Positions 25,500 to 37,193 of a stretch of DNA of 64,000 nt are shown here, one piece after another; positions within the stretch are counted from its first letter, which is position 1; each line of letters starts with the position of its first letter. The stretch spans positions 773,924-837,923 of the forward strand of contig NW_003314289.1 of NCBI RefSeq assembly GCF_000143415.4, given 5' to 3'. The notes under the pieces are model-generated. The model was given only the letters and a program-made list of their open reading frames with translations, was not told the origin of the DNA and did not search any database. Source of the stretch: Selaginella moellendorffii (taxonomy: Eukaryota; Plantae; Lycopodiophyta). The translations under genes and the position numbers were made by a program.

Positions 25500-28400
25500 T
25501 ATTGAGGCCTACAATCTAGCATCTGGGATGTCAAACACCCACAAACTTGTCCATCTTCCTTAACTCTTCTATTAGCCCCACTACTCTAAATTCCTCTATT
25601 ATTATCTTGTCTCTTGCACAAGAAATCATGTCCTCCAGAAGTGTTTGTGTGTAAGTTTGATGAGCTGTTCTAGATTGTGAAGATATTATATGCCAAATAG
25701 ACCATATATCAGCCATGTTATCTAGTGCCAGCATCATAGCTAGACAATAAACTCTAAACCATGTAAATATAAAGAGAAGGCATTAGGTTGAGCAATTGCT
25801 CCACTTGGTATATCTCAGTAAAAAGCTATGCTCTAATTCACTATTCACACGTTTTTAGAATGATATGATTTACTTAAAAGAAATAGTTATGCTTGCTAAC
25901 TTAGTAGTCCTCCTAGCAATCCCTATGTTGGTGACTCAAGGATAACCATGACTACCAATCATGTTGCTAGAGGGTAAATTAAGGAAGGAAAGAGGATCAG
26001 TCATGAGTGAGGGAGAAATGAAAAGAGAGGAGAGGAAAGAAAAGTGGCCTTACCCTAAAAGAACACAAAAGGGAATATTCCTATCTAGGAATATTCTAGT
26101 ATGAGTCAAGAGGGTGAGATAGGACAAGATAGAGCATGGAGTTTTAAAAGCAAATAGATAAGCATCTAGATCTTTAGAGGCACCCTAGCCCCAAGAAGTG
26201 GTGAAACCTGGTGTGGACAAGTCTTTTGTCCTTTCTTTCTAAGTTTTCTTGGCAATTTTCATGTTCTTGGTGAGAATTGAGAGAAAGAAGCAAGATTTGA
26301 GAACTTAAAGGCATCATTTATCATGCTAGAAGTCTCATGTATAGAGATAAGTGAAGAGAGTTGAAAATTTGAGAGTTTTGAGTCGTTCTTTAAAGTATTT
26401 TAATAGTAACTTCTTTAGTGAGCAGATTCTCTCTCAATTCTGAGTAGATTAATTCTATATGTTTTCAATAGATTTGCTTCTCCTCTTTCTAGAAAGGTAC
26501 AATGCTCCTTGTATTTTTGGATTTTTTCTTTCATCATGAATGTTTAGATTTTTGTCTAGTGTTCTTTTGCCTTCTTGCTGCCTCAATCTTTTGGGTTGCT
26601 ACTCTGGCCCAAACATATGCTAGGATAGGATCTTAGTAAATTTAGCATAGATTTTTGGTAAGATTGGATTCTTTAGAAACATCTGGAGGAAATCTACCAA
26701 AGAGCAAAGATCAGACCAACATCAATATGTGATAAAGCTTGAGTGATTTTTCTTTCAACAACTTTACTATGAATGAGGGTTTTTCCTCATTGATTTCATG
26801 ACTGATTTACCTCTAATCCATCCGATCTGAGTCTAGATACATGTTTTTGAAGTTTTTGAGTGTTCTTTACATCCAAATTCCACCATTTTCATTAAGACTA
26901 TAAGTTCACAGTATCTCTAATCATTCTCATCTACTCACTACCATTTGATATCCTAATCACTTGCACAACATTTCATCATCCAATTCATGTTCTATATGGA
27001 CCATAAAGCTAAGATAGCTCCAATAAGGATCTGATCACCATGTAGCAACAAACACTATCACTAACAATCATGAGATACTATCATGACCATATACACTATA
27101 TTCCTAGAGCATTTCCCCACTTTTTGGAGGAGACTTCTTGGACCTGGGACATTGATCAAGGTGACAAGACCAAACAACACTTAGGGTGTAGACTTGCCAA
27201 CACCACTTTTTGAGCTTTGTTTATATGTGGACATCACCACTAGACACAAGTGGGAATCATTATCACAAACAGCTTAGTCTGAGAGAAGTTGTGAACACTA
27301 ATGACATATTGAGACTTCTAGACCATCACATTATCACTCAAGATCCATCCCATCACACTTCCATCATCCATCCATCCACATTCCATTTCATCCCATCCTC
27401 AAGAATCTTAGGTGAGCTTTTGAGCCAACATGAGGTGCTTTTGGGAGGTGTGGGAGCCTTAGAGTCAAAGCTTTAAGTTTGTGTTCTCACCTCTAAGCTC
27501 ATATTTCCTTCTTTGTTTCAATTTTTCCAATTTCTTTTCTTTTTTCCATTTTTCTTCCTTAGAGATTCCTAGGAATCTTTACCTCCCAAGAGTTTAGTTC
27601 CTTTGTCAAGTTTCCCACCTGATTTTTCCTTGACCTTTGAACTTCATATCTCATCCCATTTCCACTCTTTCACTTCCCTGCAAAAAGGTTCTAAAGAGAG
27701 ATTCTTATGTATTTTAAAAATGCTTTCCACTTTTTTTTAAATCATTTTCTAGAGTTGTATTCTTTTCTTTGTCTCTTTTTGAATCTTTGTAACTTCACTC
27801 CAGCAAGATACTAGCTCATAAATTATACCAATCAACACATCAAATAGATGTTGTAGGGTTCTTGCACTGTCAAGAGCTTTGTTCTATCCACCGTGGTTGG
27901 ATTGTGGCCCCAAAATTCCTTGAAATAGAAAGAAAGTTATCACTTAGGAAGATTCCACCATTTTTTATAAAAACACTGCAAGTCATAAATGCAAGGGCAC
28001 AAGGGCAAAGCATTTGAACGTTTGAGCATTGGAGCTAGAGAGTTTCTATAGTATTAGGGGGTGCTATCATCCCCAACACCTTAAACCTATGGTTTCCTTC
28101 ACACATAAATATTAAGGATGTGGCTTTATCCAGATTGTTACCCACTAATTTTGACTAAGGCGTAGGTAATGCTAATCCACCCATTAGTAAAGTAGGACAA
28201 GGAAGTTCCAAAGCCTACAATGATGTCTAAAGCCCATGGTAATGTCTATATCCATACATGTATTTGTGGGGCTCTAAACTTGGCTTTAAGCCAAACCTTG
28301 TAGAACTCTTACAAGGAATGAGAACACAACATATAGCAAAGTGTACAAAGTTTGTTAAAGGGAAGATTTGCCACTATTTTCAAGACAAACTCTTCATCTA

Positions 28401-30400
28401 AAAACATTTTAAAATCTTCCCAAGATAGTGTCACTTGGTACTACTTCAACCAATTCAACATTAACAAGAGGAATGTGCTTCTATTCTGGTACCTCTATGA
28501 TGAAAAAGTAATAATCAAAACATCCTTGTTCCATGCAATTATCATTAAGTGGGAGGAAACTTTCCCTTATAACCATTGATTAGGTTTAGGTCTGCACCCA
28601 AGAAAACCCCTAAAACACTCTGATAATGGAGGAAAACTTATTGCAAATCATGATAAGTGCCACAAAAAGATTGGTAATATCTACTACATGCAATTATCAC
28701 TTCTGAGTACCAAGAACTTCTAGACATATGAAGAGCTAACCACCTTGAGTCATTCAGATGGAAAAGAAAATGGCAAATATAAATCCATTGATGCCAGAGA
28801 ACTGATATGCCAAATTGTACTGTATCTACCAGCAAATACTATACGAGCTTAAGTGGGATAACAAAATAGTATTGGAAAGGAAATAGGTGTAAGGAATTCT
28901 TTCAGTATGAAACTAAGTTGGAGAGGGACTTCATTTATACCCTAACTTAGTCTACCTTTATTAAGAAAGCTAAAGTCCAATCAATCCACTTCTATAACTT
29001 CATTAATGCATTAATAAGATTTGGAAGAGTTGGTGGCTTACTTAACAACAGTGGCTTCCCTCATTAGTAACTATACACCTCTTGATTAGAGCTTGTAAAG
29101 TTTGCAATGCCACAAAAATGTAATATCACATTTTGTGGGAATGTTTAGTAGAATAGAAGGGCTCCATAGTGATTATGAAGTGTAATTGCCAAGGAGGAGT
29201 AGAAATCACGTGCTTTGGGGTGTCTTCGTCCAAGGGAAGATAAAACACTAAAAGACTTGGAAATAAAAACACAGTGAGGAATCTCACTTTGATTAACTCA
29301 ACCTTTCATATATACATATTATGCATATTTTATAGGAGCTTTTTGATGTTCTTTGAGGATGTATACTTGCAAAGATTTAGAAGGCTCGTTACACTAAATT
29401 ATTCAATGACAAGAACCCTTAGCTTGAGCAATGAACTTGAAGGTCTAGTCCAAATTAATAGTCTCTTTAGAAACACAATTGGATGTGATTAAGAAAAGAA
29501 GAGATGAAAAGAAGATTGCATAAGAATGAACATTCTAGCCCTTTTTTAGAGAAGTGAGGCTGGAAAAGAAAATTGAACATGGAAACCATTTATTGTGGTT
29601 CTGGCAGCATGTCTAAGAAAGATGACATGTGTATTCCCTAAGTTCTTTAAATTTTTCATTAAGTAATTCAAGCATTTGGGATGTATTATCTATAAACCCC
29701 ATCCCCCTCATCCCTCCCCTTGCTTTTGACCTACTCTTGGCATCTCTATGGTTTTTTAGAGGTTAATAAATAAATAAATAAATAAATAAATAAAAAACCT
29801 CATTGATAGAAAGGTTGATGATAAAATTGATAGAATGCCCCTTAAATCAGCTATATATCAAAATTGAATAGGGACATGATGGTGAGCTCATTGTGTCTCC
29901 TAAAGTTGCAACAAATGTTAGTGACATGAATGAGAATGTGGGAGCACTCAAAGTAAAGTGCACTAGTATTGATATAAATTGGCCCTTCAACACAATGTGA
30001 CTTGTAAGTCTTGACTCACTCCACCATGGTGAAGAAGACAAATGCCATATATTTGGAGCATTTTGAAACACTATAGATTTTTGCCCCACACCCTCTAAAA
30101 CACACTTCTACTGATTGGTGTTTGAAGTTTTGACAAATAATGTGGGGGCTCTTCAACCATCCCTTCCCACTGAGCTTCCATCTCCTATTATTTATATTGA
30201 TCTAAGAGATAAACTTGTCTTAATTCTAAAGAACAAATGACTCCTTGACCCTAAGTAAGACTCATATTCATAAACTTACTAAGATGCTCCTTGAATAACA
30301 TCATTGGAATTTCCACCACTTAATCGAACATGCCCTTGATAGTCATTAAAATTGGCTGCAATAGAGAATCCACTCCCTCCTAAAAACCTTGAATAATGAT
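25500..30400. mobile_element. Probable decayed repeat/retroelement-derived sequence, family unresolved
   Basis: CpG-poor and stop-ridden, with no intact ORF. It lies between TE remnants and no diagnostic domain was recognised. Confidence 0.3.
29765..29795 (+). repeat. (TAAA)n microsatellite
   Basis: taataaataaataaataaataaataaataaa. Confidence 0.9.
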
Positions 30401-31098
30401 CTTAGATCCTCTTGTTTGATCATGTTTATGTTTTTTTTTTCCCCCTACTCAAAAACAATCCCATTTGTGTATTTGATTCTTTATCACATGGAAGATGGAT
30501 TTGGGAAAATGCATGATATAATTGTATAATTAAGTGATAAAAAATTAACTGAAATAACACTAAAACTATCTCATAATTTTTTACATACAAATATTTTTAA
30601 AAACTTTTAACTAGTTTTGTGATGAACACAATAATATTTTAAAATAAATAAAAATTAATTAATTTTATGGAAACATTTTATTATTTTAATCATTTTTTAC
30701 CATTTTTCTGTACCACTTAATTATTTACACCCACCATCTTAGGCTCCTTATATAAAAGATGTTCTCACTATCATTGCCATTGGTGCCTTATAAAGTATAT
30801 AACCTCCCCAATGGACTCAATTTTCTTAAAAATATTTATAGTTATAATTTATCTTCAATGGTTAATTTTAGATTATGTATATTATAACTTAAATATAATA
30901 AATTAAATCTATTACTATTGTTTTTCAGACATGTATCAATTTAAAAAGAGATGTGTAGAAGGATTAATCATTTCTTACTCATTAGAACAAATACTTAAAA
31001 GGCCAAAGAGAAAAATATTATTATTTAAAGATTCTTCATATTAGTGTTTTTTATTATTCAAGAAACACAACATTAATGTGGATTTATAAATTAGCTTT

Positions 31099-31685
31099 CT
31101 AGAATACAAGATCTGTTCTAGGAGATGGTGGAGGACAAAAGAAGAGAGAACCATAATTGTTTCTGACTAGGAAATTAAGATTCAAGTGAGATGTATGATA
31201 ATAACCATGGGCATTTAGACAATCTCCCACCAAGACAGAATTTAATAGCGTGAAAGATTCCAGGTTACAAGAGCTTGGAAAATCAGCTCCCCAAGTCAAA
31301 TATCCAAATGAATTAGATATACCATTAGCAAGATCAAGCAAAACATGAGCAAATCCTCCATCTCCGGTCTTGGTTCTTGCTCCAAGCATCGCAATTCCAG
31401 CTAGTGCATAAATCTGTAAGTGTATTTCAGAGGCACTTGCTTCAAATCTACCACATACATCCTAGTAAACAAGAAGCTTAATACTAATAAAGCGAAAAAC
31501 TACAACCGTGAAATATATACCTCTGGAATTTGGTCTACACTAATGGTATCTGTAATGTTCATCCACAACTTAGTTTTATTTGTACTCCCAGATATATTTG
31601 TGCTGCTTGAGTTTCTAGCTTGAATTGAACTGTAACATATAAACAGGATTAGAAGGAACAATAGGAAGCACTTATCAAGAGCCAT
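31099..31685 (-). CDS. Secreted CVNH lectin, copy B (175 aa); exons 31685-31521 and 31461-31099
   Basis: Signal peptide, Asn/Ser/Thr linker and phase-0 intron, then DVCGRFEASASEIHL...VLLDLANGISNSFGYLTWGADFPSSC...VLVGDCLN...HLNLNFLVRNNYGSLFFC. Confidence 0.8.
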
Positions 31686-31947
31686 AGCTTGTTAGCTTGT
31701 TGAGTGAGATATGTATAATATAATTATATATAGATAGATAGATAGATATAACCTGGCAAATTGATTTTGTGTATTCTAAGCTTTACCAACTGTATCCTTT
31801 GTCAAGATTTACTTAAATGCATCTTGTGGATTGTTAGAGTTTCACACCAGCTTCTGGCTTGTCTTTAGCATTTTGTGTTTACAGATGTAGTTTTGGTTTA
31901 AATTAGTAAGGAAACAATTAAAAATGACATAGAGACAAAATGCCAAT

Positions 31948-33594
31948 TCACGGAACGTGACGTCCATTTTCATCAGCCAATACACGCTGTGAAAGATACA
32001 CCGTCGAAGAACTTCAAACTAAATCACTTTCAAAAAGTACCTGAAAGCAAGCGAGCGTGTAGCGTACATCATCCTCCGAAATGTGATAATGTGTCACCAG
32101 TCGGATACTGAAAAGAAACAAAACCAAACAAACCTTAAAAAGTAGGTTGAAAGAAATGAACAGGATACCTTGTCTTGGTCAGGTCATACGAGAGAATCCC
32201 AATCTTTCCCATAGCTCTGCACAGTTCTTCCGCTGTGAAGCGTGACTTGGTCACGTCCACATTTACCTGGAAGATAAAATAGCACCAGTCAGGATAAAGA
32301 GGGAGAGCAAAATCGTGACACTTCACAATGTTTGTCTCGACTGCGCTCATGTCCACCTGCAGGCCTTTCATTCCACACAATCCTTCTGGAAACATTCCAC
32401 TCAAGAATTTTGATAGTGGCCCAAGAAAAGCACGAACTACACAGTACCTGCTAATAGACGAGCATTGGAGTGATCTTCGTACAATCTGCAAACCATGTCT
32501 TTCAGCGCTACCAGACCAGGAGCAGCCAGTATTCCTACTTGTCTCATAGCTCCACCCAAAGCCTTTCGCAGTCGTTTAGCCTGTCCCAAAAGGATTTCTC
32601 TTCAGAAAATGAAAAGAACACAAAACGAAGCAAAGAGCCGTCTCTCAACCTTCTCAATGAATTCATGCGATCCAACAATCACACTTCCCGCTGGTGCAGC
32701 CAATCCTTTTGACAAGCAAACCTGACACGAAGCATTCGTCAAAATTGCCATGAAAACCTCGAGAAAAAACAGTCATACCGATACAGTATCAGCTGCTCGA
32801 ACAAGTCTTTCCGGAGACACCCCCAGAGCCTGTTGAAAGCAAACACTGTTTTTTTAATATTTCTGCTTCATCGCAGTCAGCACTACTCACTGTGGATGCG
32901 TTAAAAATTCGGGCACCGTCTACGTGTAGTCTCAATCCATATCTCTTGGCAAGCTGGCCAACCTGATCCGTGTACTCAACCGAGACGCATCTTCCACCGC
33001 ATCTAAGAGGTAGTGCATAGCAAAACTATAAGCGAGCACTCGAAACATTCCAGAAACCACGAAGAAACTCTCACCGGTTGTGAGTGTTCTCGATGCAAAT
33101 CAAGCGAGTCGTCGCAAAGTGCTCGTCGTCCAAAGGCTTGATAGCGTTTTCGACCGCCCTCAAGTCCATGGTTCCATCCGGATTGTTTGGAACAATGCTC
33201 GGGAAAACACCGCCCAGCGTTGCCATTCCACCTTGCTCGTAAACATTGATGTGGCTCTCAGACCCGATGATGGCCTCGCTTGCACGGGCCTGGGAAGAAA
33301 CAAGAAAAATCCACGACCAAAGAACGCGACAATGCCATGCATCATGCTTACCTCACAGTGAACAAGGACGCTGATGAGATTCCCCATCGTACCGGAAGGA
33401 ACAAACAAGGCGGCCTCTTTCCCAAATATTCTAGCCATTTCCTTCTGGAGCTCGTCCATGGTAGGATCGACCGTGACAATGTCGTCATCAACCTCGGCGC
33501 TGGCCATGGCGGCTCGCATCGCCGCTGTCGGCTTGGTGATGGTATCCGATCGAAAATCCACGATTCGTTTCGTTCCATTAGCTCCACAATCCAT
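31948..33594 (-). CDS. THA: Low-specificity L-threonine aldolase, multi-exon
   Basis: [57 protein letters not shown] and [10 protein letters not shown]. The last exon is predicted as [12 protein letters not shown]. Confidence 0.93.
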
Positions 33595-33799
33595 GGCTGA
33601 CGAGCAAAATCTGTCCACAACGGAATATCTCGCAAAGAATCAGCTGGAACACATCGCAGCGCAGCGCCAATCCGGCGCCTTACCTCCCGCGAGAAGAATG
33701 CTAGGGATGTTCTTCCCCGCCTGCAAAAGCCCTGCGAGCGGTTCTCTCAAGCAATGGAAAGAAGCTTTTTATACCTACATGCCCGGAAGCTAAAATGCT

Positions 33800-33832
33800 G
33801 CCACGCGACGGCATCCAGCGCGCCACGTGTCC
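33800..33832. promoter_or_regulatory. G-box/ABRE-like plus CACGCG element upstream of threonine aldolase
   Basis: gccacgcg (~33800) and gccacgtgtc (~33822), about 210-240 bp upstream of the ATG. Motif match only. Confidence 0.35.
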
Positions 33833-33952
33833 GGTGGGGATGACACCATGGCAAGAGACACAAACGTAGTATTATCCATAAGAACAAGCTTCTTTGTTTT
33901 TAAGCTACGCTATCTTTGATCGAGAAGAAACTATGGTTCTCTTGGATGATCT

Positions 33953-34633
33953 TCAGCCCCGGGTCTTGGATTTCTCGAAGAACGATTCCTGGCAGTGAGG
34001 ATCCAGCCACTCTCCGGAGCTTTTCCTGGGTGTTGGTGTTGTCACTGGCCTGACTTGCGAGGATTTGGCACCAACGAGATCGCAAATGACTTCCACCTTG
34101 TTCTCCCGTCCAAACGTCCCATTGCTCCGGTGGTCGGCATCCCTGAGCTTCTGCTTGAAACGCTGCTTCTTCCCCCCCGCGAAGTTCTCCTGGAGCGACG
34201 ATGGCTGCCTTAGACCAGGCTTTGCACCGTGAGGGCCCAGGTAGAGATTCTCCACCTGTGTGTTTATCGGCTGTGTTTCAAACCAAAGTTAGAAAAAGAG
34301 AAAGATCTTTCCAGCGTGGTAGGCACACCTTCTGCAGTGTTGGCTTTAAAGTCTCCACAGCCTTCTCCGTTCTCGCTGTGGTAGTGGTGTTCAAGCTAGG
34401 AATCTCGAATCCCTCGGCATCTATGGAGAAACACGGAGAAAAACGTGATATGAGTCCCGACCTCTCTGCGACTACAACTAAAACTCCACTCAATCGCTCT
34501 GTTTCTCGCAGGGAGTGCGATATTTCCAGAGGAAATCTCGGCAAAACCTGGAGAACGCGCTCCACTTACCCCATTCATCGTCGTCCGGGAGCAGCACCGC
34601 TGGCGGCGCGGCGGGCGAGGCAGCCGGATCCAT
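33953..34633 (-). CDS. Conserved plant protein of unknown function (3 exons)
   Basis: Spliced reading MDPAASPAAPPAVLLPDDDEW/DAEGFEIPSL.../VENLYLGPHG...KKQRFKQKLRDAD...GRENKVE...WLDPHCQESFFEK with canonical splice sites. The motifs resemble an uncharacterised land-plant family (from recall). Confidence 0.7.
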
Positions 34634-34899
34634 GGCGAGCACCCGAGGCTACGGCTCCGCAGCGCACGCCGGCGCAGCTCATGGAGAGCGGACAGACCAA
34701 CACAGCTCCCTCTCGCGCGATGGCCGCTCTATCTAGCGCGCTCGTCCCACACAGTGCCGAAAACCCTAGCTCAGCCCTAGAGAGCGGCATACGGCTCATT
34801 TTTAAACTCGCGCACTAGCGGAATGTGCCTGCCGACCGCAACAGAAGATGCCGGGCAAGCGGAATATTCCCTACGCGCAAGGGTATATTCTCTCTTGTA

Positions 34900-35515
34900 T
34901 TATCGTGGACAAAAGAAGAGAGAACCATAGTCGTTCATGACGGCATAGTTAAGGTCGGTTACGCTGCTCTGTGTTTCACCCTTTCCATCGTCGCAAGGGA
35001 TCCTTATCCTGGTTCCGCTGATGGCAATACTTGAAAGATCACACGATTGTGCAAAGTCGCTACCGGCGGGGCCGATATGGCCATTGTGGTTTCCAAGACC
35101 ATTGTTAAGTTCGAGCTGCACAGTCCCGGTGCCGCCACCAGGTGAGCTGCAGGTGGCCACCAACATTGCGATGCCATAGTTTGGAACTACGTGCAAGTGG
35201 ATTCCCGAGCACGACAGCGAGAAGCCACCGCAAACGTCCTGCATACATCTCACAAGAATCAACATGCTGAAATGTGGAAGAAGCTGACAATTTTACTTGG
35301 GGCCAAGCTGTGATCTCTTCGGTGTTGCTGTCGCCCGTGGAAAATATCTCTAAAAACTGAGGCTTTTGACTGTAGTCGATCTCCGGCCAGGCGCTGTGGC
35401 TAGAACCAGTGCTGTTGTGCTCTGGCTGTGTGTTGTTCGTCACCAGGGGAGTTGCGACATGGAGAGAAAGGAAGACTAGAAACAATGGTTTGAAAACGAA
35501 GGAAACAGCGGCCAT
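34900..35515 (-). CDS. Secreted CVNH lectin, copy C (185 aa); exons 35515-35297 and 35238-34900
   Basis: Signal peptide, linker and phase-0 intron, then DVCGGFSLSCSGIHL...MLVATCS...VQLELNNGLGNHNGHI..AGSDFAQSC...IRIPCDD...TDLNYAVMNDYGSLFFCPR. Confidence 0.82.
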
Positions 35516-35925
35516 TATATAAAAATATAGATAGATGCTTTGCTTCCAAATAAATAGTTGCCTATGGTACTTGGGTTTGCTGCTTTAATAATTCAGAGAC
35601 GTCGTTGCGATTGAAGCCAGCTCGCTATACAGAACAAAAACATCGGGAATAGAGACGTAGATTGTGCATTGGGCGGCTCAAGCTTTTCTATCTACATAGC
35701 TTTAAGACTTTGACCTTGCGAGAAAGCAAACCACCTTGCGAGACTTCCAATGGTTTTGGTGCTTTCGCTTTTAAGTTTTCTTTTACACAGTCCAAAGTGT
35801 CGTTATTCCCTTCCAAGGGAGATCTTAATCTATATCTCGAGCTTTACATGAGATCCAGCTCTATCTCTGTTAATTGGAGACTTTCAAGGCTTTGATGTAG
35901 AAACCTTGTAGAGATTTACAGTTCT

Positions 35926-37095
35926 TTAGTAACCAAGTACATTGTTTGCTTCCGAAACCCAGGTGACATAATCGCTCGGATCACTGAGAACAAAGTGGAT
36001 CTGTTGTGCATCAACGACAATGAGAAAATAGAGATAAATGCTTGCAGAGAAATCACCTCACCTCGTTGATACACGAAGGAGGATCTTTGATTTCCTGCAA
36101 CGCAATCCGAGCTCCTTCCCTCACGGGGTATCTGTTTTACGTAGAAAGCGCACGTCCTTTTTCGGAAAAAACAGCATTACGGTTTTGGTTACCCGTAAAC
36201 GCCACAAGAAATCGGTGGAAACGCCAGACATTCCAGTTCAATCTCCTTTGCACGTTGCAGACAACGCCTACAAAGTAAAACAAACAAACAACAAAAGCGA
36301 AAAGAAAAAAAAAAGAAAAGAAAACGAACTTTGTTTCTGGAAAAGAAGCAAAGTTATGCTTTGTCTGAAACTTTACCTGTAAGTCTGAGCAAGCAATGTA
36401 GGCGTTTCCTCGGCTCCATCGTAGGCTGGTCCAACCGCATGAATGATCCTGTGCAATGGTAGTCTGTAAGCCCTGGAAGAACAAACACGCAAATCGTGTA
36501 AGAGAAACGATTAAAAACTGTGAGCTTGAAGACCTTACTTGGTGACACCGCGTTGCCAATGCGGCATTTCACTCCAAACTGATCGAGAGATTTTAGCATT
36601 GCACAGGCTTCCGCTAGAGATGGTCCAGCAGCGTTATGAATAGCTGGTGAAAGAAAGCAGGTATGATTAGTGAAGGAGCAAATGAAGAACAAGTAGTTCT
36701 TGCCTCGATTCACGCCAATTCCAGCGTTTAGCTTCTTGTTTGCGGGAGCAACCTTGCGACCAAGGAGAGAATCTATCAACGAGCGCAATCATAAAGAAAA
36801 AGCGAAGAGAGAATGCGAGAGAGTTACTTACAATCGCATCGCGCTGGCCAGGAACTCGCCACTGCGAAATGTCGCCAGTCCAGAAGACGAGCAAGAAGCT
36901 GGGCAGTCTGTACAGGACGCCCCCTTCCAGCCCCTCTTGCGATGTCGCCCGCTCCTTGGGCGCATTGGGAGGCAGCAACAGCGACGGCGCTGGCAAATCC
37001 TCATCGTATGTAAACCAGTGCTCGTCGGAGATGCATCTGACCTGCGATCGCGCGAGCGCTGGAACCCTCGCCCTCCTCCCCAGGCATCGCAGCAT
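35926..37095 (-). CDS. Macrodomain (Appr-1''-p/MacroD-like) protein with a putative mitochondrial presequence; apparent 1-bp frameshift
   Basis: Spliced reading VFWTGDISQW..DAI/VAPANKKLNAGIGVNR/AIHNAAGPSLAEAC...C.IGNAV / AYRLPLHRIIHAVGP.Y / LAFPPISCGVYG/YP..EGARIAL / IHFVL. Intron phases are incompatible by one base near 36545. Confidence 0.85.
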
Positions 37096-37193
37096 TTCCC
37101 CCCGGGCTTAGGGTTTATCATCGCTTTTCAAATTCTAGGGCTCATATAAACCCTAAGGTTATAAAACCTTTCAAATTTTAGGGTTCATAGAAA
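37096..37193. promoter_or_regulatory. Compact bidirectional promoter with telo-boxes
   Basis: 98 bp between divergent ATGs. It contains ttagggttt (~37108), aaaccctaa (37148) and tttagggtt (~37177). Confidence 0.65.
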
